Translations under genes and position numbers: made by a program | Source: Thalia democratica | Lineage: Eukaryota | DNA length: 64,000 bases | Reading direction: 5' to 3' | NCBI GenBank assembly: GCA_965202585.1 | Contig: OZ241826.1 | Coordinates: forward strand, 104,036,001 to 104,100,000 | Notes under the pieces: model-generated | The model's input: only the letters and a program-made list of their open reading frames with translations | Databases searched by the model: none | What the model was told of the DNA's origin: nothing | Part shown: positions 54,001 through 63,000 of the stretch, piece by piece | Numbering within the stretch: position 1 is the first letter of the stretch | Layout: every line of letters begins with the position of its first letter

Positions 54001-57000
54001 GCTTTCGTTATACATGAAGTGTGTTGAAATTTATTGAAGCTGTTATTTATTTATCTTGAATGCTATTAGCTACTTGAATGTCAAAAATATTTTTAAATTA
54101 AAAAAAAAAACGTTTATTTTTGTTGTATTGTAAAAGCGAGGTATGTTTTATAAAAGTTTTAGTAGACTTAGACTTAAATGTTTTTCAATATTACATAATT
54201 TTTCACCTTTCTGGCTGCTGACTTGACAAGGATCGGGGATTTTATTTTTAGTCATGAAATTATGTTCTATACAATCCGAACTCGTCTTCCAAGATCTTGT
54301 AAAAGATAATGCATCGTTTTCAATCAGTCCTGTGTTTTGTTTTATTAATAATAAACATTGCTGTATTGCTAATTGAACAAGTTTTTCAAAAATTTCAAAA
54401 TAAATTTAGAGTTGTTGAAAATTGCGTTTTTGTAAAAAAAATACTAGATTTTATTTACCTAAGCTACCGTGAAAAAGATTAATTAAGCTTAGTTAATGTT
54501 TTGAAAATATATAATATATTAACAGAGCTTGACTCAGGGTTAATTTTTACAGGTTTTAATGTACAAAGATTTAAATAAAGTTCTTACCATTGTAACTTTG
54601 CATATCGTCTTTTTGATTTGAATTGTAATTTCCACAAAGACCACACAACTTTCCGTTCCATCTGTATATTTTTTACTTAACTTTAATAATACTTGATATA
54701 ATTAAAATGTCTATAGTGATACCTAATTGTTCAATGTTTTATCAGGAAATAGTTCTAAAACTTTCGTCAAGGCAGCATAACAAACCAAAATAATTTTAAC
54801 ATTAAGACCATAGCAACTTAAATCTATTTGGTAATTTTTAAATAAATGTTTGAAAATTTCAATGTTTTTCTTTTTAATATGTTTTTCTTAACAAACTTTC
54901 TAAAGAAATAAAATTAATCAACAGCAATTAAAACTAAAAACCTGTTATCAGCTTTCACGTAAAGTCTGCTTTCTCCATCCCAGTCAATTGTTACACCGAT
55001 ACTCAAAATTACTTGCACAAATAATGATGACACTTTGTAGATTTGTAGTGTGTCTGTAAAATACATTAATGCTTTACTACAGGATATCGATGTAAGTTTT
55101 TGATTAATGTGATTTTTTGGAACGTTTAGTGTTTTTTTGAATTTTTGTTACAAATGATCAAAGGATATTCTATAATATACATTTATATTGTTATCAATAC
55201 AATTGCAACATTTTGTTTATTTATTCTACAGATAAAAAAAGATTTATAATAGTCATATTTTAATCAAACCTCTAGTAAACGGGGCGACAATTTCTTTGCT
55301 GTTAACTTCGATGATGTGGTTCTGGGACAAACTGACGATAATCGGGTCGTTATTGGGGTCAGGTCTGTACACAATGACCACATTTTTGGTGCACGTTGAT
55401 ATACCAGTCGCCCCGCACTCTGTACTGTCTATTATCACTCTGTTGAAAAATGAAAATGTTTTTATAATTATATAATTTGATAAACTAAAAATAAAACAAT
55501 AGGTTAATACCCGTTAAAATTTTTCATAATACTGAATTTACCCTTTCTACTGCTTTTTTACCATTCTAAATAGAAAAATTAAACAGTTTAAATTTTTTTT
55601 TTATTATGAAATTTATATTTACAATCACCTAAACTTTTATATACTGTTTAAATATCAACATAGAATACCAACGTAAGAGTTATAACAGTCAGTGGAAAAA
55701 GTGTACAGGTACTTATAAATAAGAACTAATAACAAAAACAATAAAATATACTACGACAATAATTTATACATTTAAAAACAAACTTAAAAGTAGAAATGTC
55801 GTTGTAGCAGTCTTTGGCAAATGTGTACTGACACTTTAATAGAAAAAACGTATGAAAAAATAAAATAAAATAAATCTTACGTGAATGTAGGAATGTCATT
55901 AAAGCAGTCCTTGGCAAAAGTGTACTGGCACTTTAATATAAAAAACATGTGAAAAAAAATTAAAATAAATCTTACGTGAATGTAGGAATGTCATTATAGC
56001 AGTCCTTGGCAAAAGTGTACTGGCATATTGATATAAAAAACATATGAAACAAAAAATCTTACGTGAATGTAGGAATGTCATTAAAGCAGTCCTTGGCAAA
56101 AGTGTATTGGCACTCTCCTGACTGGAGACGAAAATGGAGTTTGTCGAAAGTGTGAATGTGGGAATTACCCGTGACCGAGCATTCTGATGAGCACTCTGTT
56201 GCGTCACATTCCCACACTGCCGCTCTGCATGTACTGTAAACAAGTTTGTCAAATTAAACATTAAAGCATTAAATTTAAAATAATGTTAATATACAACGCG
56301 GCTGTTGTAGGATGAAAGGTTAGTTAGCTTTGTTTCAATTATTATTAGCAAGTTTGTAAAAAATTTTATCAAATGATTAATATATTAGCAATTGTTTTCT
56401 AGTTAAATGACAAACTTGCGTTGTTTGGATAGACAAAGCGGCTCGCATTTGCTGTTGTTGGATGAAAAGTTTTCTAAATTTAATCAATTTGGAAAAAGTA
56501 AGCTCAATGTTGCTACTAGCGGATAAAGTTAATAAAACGTTTTATTCTTACTAAACATGGGAAAAATTTTAATTTGTTCTTAGTTAAGGCTGAATGGTGT
56601 ATCTTACTACGTTTCGTATCACACAAAGTAGTAAAAAGCAAAAAATGGTTACTTACTTGAGTGTTATAAAAAAAAATCAACATTGTATATATTATTGTTG
56701 TTTACCATACTCGTTTGCCATTTGTTACCAAAAGTAAAATAAAGTAATAAAAAATTTAAAATGGTTATTTCTTTGAGTATTTTAAAAAAATATATCAAAA
56801 TTTTTAAATTTATGTTATTTACTCGTTCGCCATCTGTTACCAAATACTCACCATGAACTGCACTCCTGCTTGAGTACCGACCCACTCTTGTACTCCACCC
56901 CGTTGTGGGTGCACGGGCACTCTTCAGCTTGCAAACACTGCCCCCTGTGCAAGTACGTGCCATCAGGACAACTGCACCCGTCCACGCAGTGACGTTTGCA

Positions 57001-60000
57001 GGGTTCGTGGGGGGTTAGCAGGTGCTGGCATGTTTTGGGGCAGCTGGAGCCACACTGCTTGTAAACCATACCGTAGTCGCATGTTTGTTCTGTATATTAA
57101 ATAGTGTTAAGTATATATTATGCCATCCAAATTAATCGAACAATTATTTATTTTACTGCGACTATCTATAATTCCTTCACATTCAACTTTTAGATTAATT
57201 AAAAAACTTAAGTGTCAACAGACCTAAAACAGAAGCGCAGCACAATAAGTAAAGTTATAATTTTGTTTTTAGTTATATTAAGTTACAAATTAAACTGTTT
57301 TTCAAAATCTCTTTTTAGATTTTTCAAGCTACTTGTTTATATAGATTTATCACGGCTAAAAACTCATTTAAAAGCTTTAAAAACTAAAAAACTGTATTTA
57401 CTTATTAAAGTTTACTTATAACAGAAAAAACTTGTACTACTACTACTTGTTCTTAAAATACTCAGTACATATATACTATATCTAACCACAAAAACCGCGA
57501 GTTCTCCAATTAGCATCGAAATCAGTTTGGAGAGAACACTGTCTTAATATTATTTACTTACACTTATATCTTACTAACCACAAAAACCCCTAGTTCTCCA
57601 GTTTGCATCCAGGTCAGTTTGTAGTGAACACTGTCTGGCGTATTGAGCAACTGAGTCACAATGGCACCCTTCTTTATTTGTTTTCTGCTTGTTAGAAAAA
57701 CAATGAGTTTGTGTGGTATGCTTGTTTATGGTAATAAGTATAACGAAATTTATTTGAATAACAATAAATAGTTAACAAAATCCATAAAGGACGAAACATT
57801 GTGTCATATTAATAAACTTTGGTAAAATAGTTATTAGTAGTACTCTTTTGTGTAAAAACCTCTCAGCTCTACTGAAATATAACATACAGTACTTACAATT
57901 ACACTAACCTTACATTTACAAAGATCTTGCATGCAGGAATACAGGATGTTCCTGGAATCAACTCCAGATTCCATACAACCTCTAAATGCCTCATTTCTTG
58001 CAATAAATATCTCACAAATCGTTTTGATTGTCTGCATTGAAAAAAATGCATAAGTTGTGTTATACTTATATACCAGGAAAAACTTTCTCTTTTGCTAGTT
58101 TCAAATCATTTAAGTAAACATTGTTTATTTTTCTATTGCATTTAATAGAATTAAAGTATTTAATTATACTACAAACAATGCTATGATTAAAGTTTTTTTT
58201 TTTAATCTTGAACTGTACTATATAGAACTCTTATAGTTAAACTCACATCAACTTCGTGCTGTGAAACGCTTTCACACATGTTTGTGACGTCATAATGATC
58301 TTTACATTTCTCATGAATTCCCGCCACTTTCCAACTCTTCATAAACCACTTTACATCTGATGTTTCGGCGCCTGAAAGATATACGGTTTTATTTTTTAAT
58401 GAACTTTAAGTATGCCAAAAGGAAATTATAAATAATATATGTTCTTTACTTTGAAAACAAAAACAAAATACTTACACAATCAATCGATCATCAGCTAAAA
58501 TCAGCATAAAGTAAATTTGAAATAAATATTACAAACAGCAAACCATCAATCATATTGAGATCGTTGTATTTGTCTCCATCATTGTCGCCACAAAGACCCC
58601 CTACTACCTCATTGTTGCCAACATGAACCTCCAATGAACCATAGCCCGTCCACAGTACAACCATGTTTGTGTCACTGGTCACACGAACGTACCTTCCTAT
58701 GATGGATATTGGGGGAAGGCCCTTGATTTGTATGGGAAGCTCAGATGGTGAGTAGCTGTTATTAGGTTAACTGTAAAATTTTGTAAAAAAATGTAGTTTT
58801 TTTAAATAAAGCTTAGATTCAGAATAAATATTTAAAAACCAATTGTAAACAAATTTAATATGCTTAATCTTATTATTGATTGTTATAAGTATGATTAATA
58901 TTCTTATTATTGATTTCGAAAAGTTTAATTAGTTTTTTAAAGCACGTTTTAATACAAGCTTTATACAAAGCTTTGAAACTAACATTCTGTTTTTGTAAAT
59001 GACATATTTCTTAGGAAGAAGAGTGATTGGTTCATAAGAATGGAAATTTACTTCCAAAGCAAGGAAGTTTTCAGGTAGAAAATCAGAATGGTTGAGAAAA
59101 CTTTGCATCTAAAGTTATAAGATTGTTAATTGTATTCATAAATCAATACTTTAGTATGTTTTTTAAACTATTTCTTAAAATAATTTGTTGTATCATATAA
59201 GTTTTGTGCATATTTCAAACTTATGTATTTTTAATGGTTCATTAATAAATGAAACTACTCTTCAGCTAATTTCGAGAACCAAGCAGTTTACAGTTTTAAA
59301 TAATATAAATAAGTTTGAGACTAATTAACATAAAACTATAGTAATATCAATAAATGTGCCAACTTATCATGAATATTTTTGAGATATATCAAATAGTTTG
59401 TGCTTGACCAAAAAAGAGCAATAATTCATTTAAACTTTAATTTATAAGCTTCACACTTTTATATTTACTTTTTTTTTAACAACTTACTAAACAAGTAATG
59501 ACAATAAAAATATCATTGGGTTAATTTAAAAATAAAACTGACGGTGTTAGCCACGTGAGGGGGTTGTTCACTCAAAAACTCCTCCCCACTCCTTATCAAC
59601 TCCAAGTTGAATTTCTCCTCACTCCTGTCCACCATCAGGGTGTACCTGCACACTCCTGTGACGTCATAGTTGTTGCCGTCGAACGTCACGTGATGCCTCC
59701 CTCCCCACAAGCTGCACACCTTGTGCTCAGACGTCGTGTTGCGCACTCCTGCGGATAAAAAGTAATTTATTTTCTATCACTATACATTTTTATTATTTAT
59801 TAAAAAATTATATCATTATATTAGTTTTAATTGTTTTGTTAAAGCTTTATTTTTGGATTTTTTTTCAAACTTAATCAAAGTTAGTTTTTTAATTCTATTG
59901 AATTTTGCGCACTCCTACAATTATTATTTAATAAGGTTTTTTTCAAACAGTTTAAAGTAGAGCTTTTTTTTAGAGCTTTTTTTTCATTTTAATTGGTGAT

Positions 60001-63000
60001 TATTTTATGTTAAAATCAGTATTTTTCAATCAGAATGTGTTTTTTCAAAAGTATTTTTTTGTCTATTACTTAAGTTTGACTTTTTTTTATGTTTTTTCCT
60101 GGTCAATATTAGTTTCAAAATGAGTTTGATTAATAATCGATCACTTTTAGTTGTGTAATAAATAAACATTGATTCTAGTTAATTGTGTTAGAATATTTGT
60201 ACAAACTCGATTACGTATAAACAAATATTTTGTGACTTACTATATTGACACTGCGGTCCATGAAATTGGTCAGGACACAAACATTGGTCGGGAGCCACAC
60301 AAAATCCACCATTAAGACATGTTTCATGGCATATTGCTGTGATAAAACAATTTAAATTTTATTTGTTCTAACTAATAAAAAATAATCAGATTGGTTTAAA
60401 TAGCTGTTTGTGATATTATTTTATATTAATAAAACATCATGTTTTATCATAACTAGTTTTTAAATATCTCACATTGCTGAAATATAGATGATCACATTTT
60501 TTGTGGTACTTATATATTAGATATACAAACTTTATCACAGTTATTTTTTGTAGCATATTGCGGTGATGTAGTCTAAAGCCTTATTCATAATTTTAAACTT
60601 TCGTTGCTTATTTGTTGATTAAGAGAGTTTGCTCAGTGAAGCGCAAATATTTTTTGTACTAAGTTACTATTGGTAAAACTCTCTATTGTTGTAAAACTTT
60701 AGCATTTTTTGAATATTATTAGAAAATATGCTTTTTTTTGATTATAGTTTAACTACATACCAATTTCGCACTTATTTCCCATCCACTTTCCTCGGACACA
60801 TTGGCAAATATCAGGGGCAACACACAACCCTCCGTTTTGACATTTTTCATGGCATAATGCTATAAAAGTAATTTAGATGTAAACAATATTTTAAGACCTT
60901 ATTTTCATGACAATGCTTTACTTAAAAAAATAAATCGTCAGTAAATGATAAAATCTGGGAAAATATGGTTGATCATGTAAGAAGACATTCCGCTTAAGTT
61001 TAGTTAAAACTGTCAACAAGGCATTACTTTGAATATAAATAATAATCTATAAAAAAAAGTGTTTTAATTAAATTGAAAAATATCAGGCTAACACATATCA
61101 ACCATTTTGACACTTTTCATGAATTAAAGCTGTTTAAATTAATAAGAAAATTTTATTATACAAAGTTATGCACTTTCTTAAAGCAAAGTTGTTTTAATAA
61201 ATGGGGCATTTATCTTCCTTATTGTTTTTAAAATTAACTCGTTTTAACTTTTTGGTCAATTTTTAAGTAATGGTTTCTCATATTTAGCGCTAAAAATTTA
61301 ATGTTTTCTGAACTAGATTTATTTTTCGTTATTTAACAAAAACTTAATTTGTTTTCTGGTAAAATTAAAGTACAGCCAAACCACAAAAACAAAACTTTAT
61401 TAACAAATTTAGGTTCAAAGTACGTCATTTTAAACTCAAAACGGATATTTTTAACTTATAAACGGAATTGAACTTTGAAACAATCGGCATTAAGCCACAA
61501 TAAACAAGGCAATAGAAATATATTGGTTATTATAATAAAAAAACCTTGAGTGCAATTATTTCCAGTATATCCGATTTCACATTCGCAGTGATTGTTTCCA
61601 ACACATTTGCCGTGATCACAGGGTGGGTCGCATATTACTGTAAAGATAATTTCATTAATTATATTAGCTAGTTTTATTAACAACATTGATAGTACTAATG
61701 TAAAAAGCAAATGAACAGTTGTTGATTAAATTAAAAATACTGCTCTTCGGTTTTTTATTGGCAAAATTGTGCTTTACAAACTATGTAAAGTCGTTGAAGC
61801 ATTATTTGTGTTAAAAGAATAATATGTATTTATTTCCGTAAACTAGTTTAATAATTTTTTATTTTACTATAAGAATTATTCCAACTATGATGGTTAGAAG
61901 TAGATAAAAATGTTACACAACCAAGTTTAAAAATAAAACTAAAATTACATTTAAAAAACACATAATTTAACTAACAAGTTTGACACTGTGGCCCACTGAA
62001 ACCGTTCTTGCACTGACAAGTATTAGGTGCGATGCAAATACCACCATTTTCGCATGTTGTATTGCAAATTGCTGAAAAAGTATTTAATTGTTATGAACTA
62101 GCCATGAAAATGGTATTCAAAAGTTGTTATCTAGTTTAAGGTGTATCCAGCAAGTAAAATAATAAAATCACAGTTTTTGGTTGTATTGTAAGAAAATTAT
62201 TAACTGCCGCAATAGTTAGACTAATTTTCGTAACGATTAAGTTAACTCAGTTTCTACTCAAAGTTGAATACAAAAGTCATCTTTCGAAAAAACACAGTAT
62301 AATAATCTTATCAGTAACAAAAACAAATTATAAATTTTCATAATTTATCTCTGCTTATAAACAGATTAAATTACCACTATAAACAAGTATTAATTAAAAA
62401 CTAACCTGTATCACAAGTAGTATTTGACCATCCTTCGTTACATTTACACGAATTCGGAGCAAAACATTCACCATTCACACATTCGTTTTCACATGTAACT
62501 GTTGGTAGAATTTGTAACGATTAGTTACTGCTGTATTTTATTCATATGTACATAAAGTACTGTTTTTTTGTTGCAAAATCGTTAATTTAATGCATTGCTT
62601 TTTGTGTTACACAAAAATCACAAACAACACCATCTAAAAGAATTGTTTTTGCGCTTTTTTTGACGCAATAAACTAACAACAAAGTTGTTTACAGTATTTA
62701 AGTGAAACATCGCTTTTTCTGTATATAATACAATATTCAACTCACACTCAGTACAGTCTTTTCCAAGCCATCCTTCTACGCAGGAACATTTATTTTCACC
62801 GGAACATTTGCCATTTTTCTGGCAGGGCGGGTCGCATATTGCTGCTATGTTGTTAAATTTTAATTTATTTCTAAATACAGAACTACAATAAACATCTAAG
62901 TCGGAGTTACAAAACTTGTACGTATATAAACTTTAATTACAAGTAAACTTTTATAATTGTTTTTTTTATAGAATGATTCTTAAACTAATTATATGGTTGA

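Noticed and set aside
56709-56844. 24-nt intronic repeat (ACTCGTTYGCCATYTGTTACCAAA) near a donor
   Set aside because: Purely intronic local duplication with no exon content; not informative alone.
58756-58772. TTTACAG acceptor at 58771
   Set aside because: It leads to an immediate TAA in the required frame; the AACAG at 58756 gives the continuous VWD sequence.
57684-62847. NAGNAG acceptors (TAGCAG at 62844, AAGCAG at 57684)
   Set aside because: Common feature that changes one residue at most; it only makes those exon starts uncertain by 3 nt.
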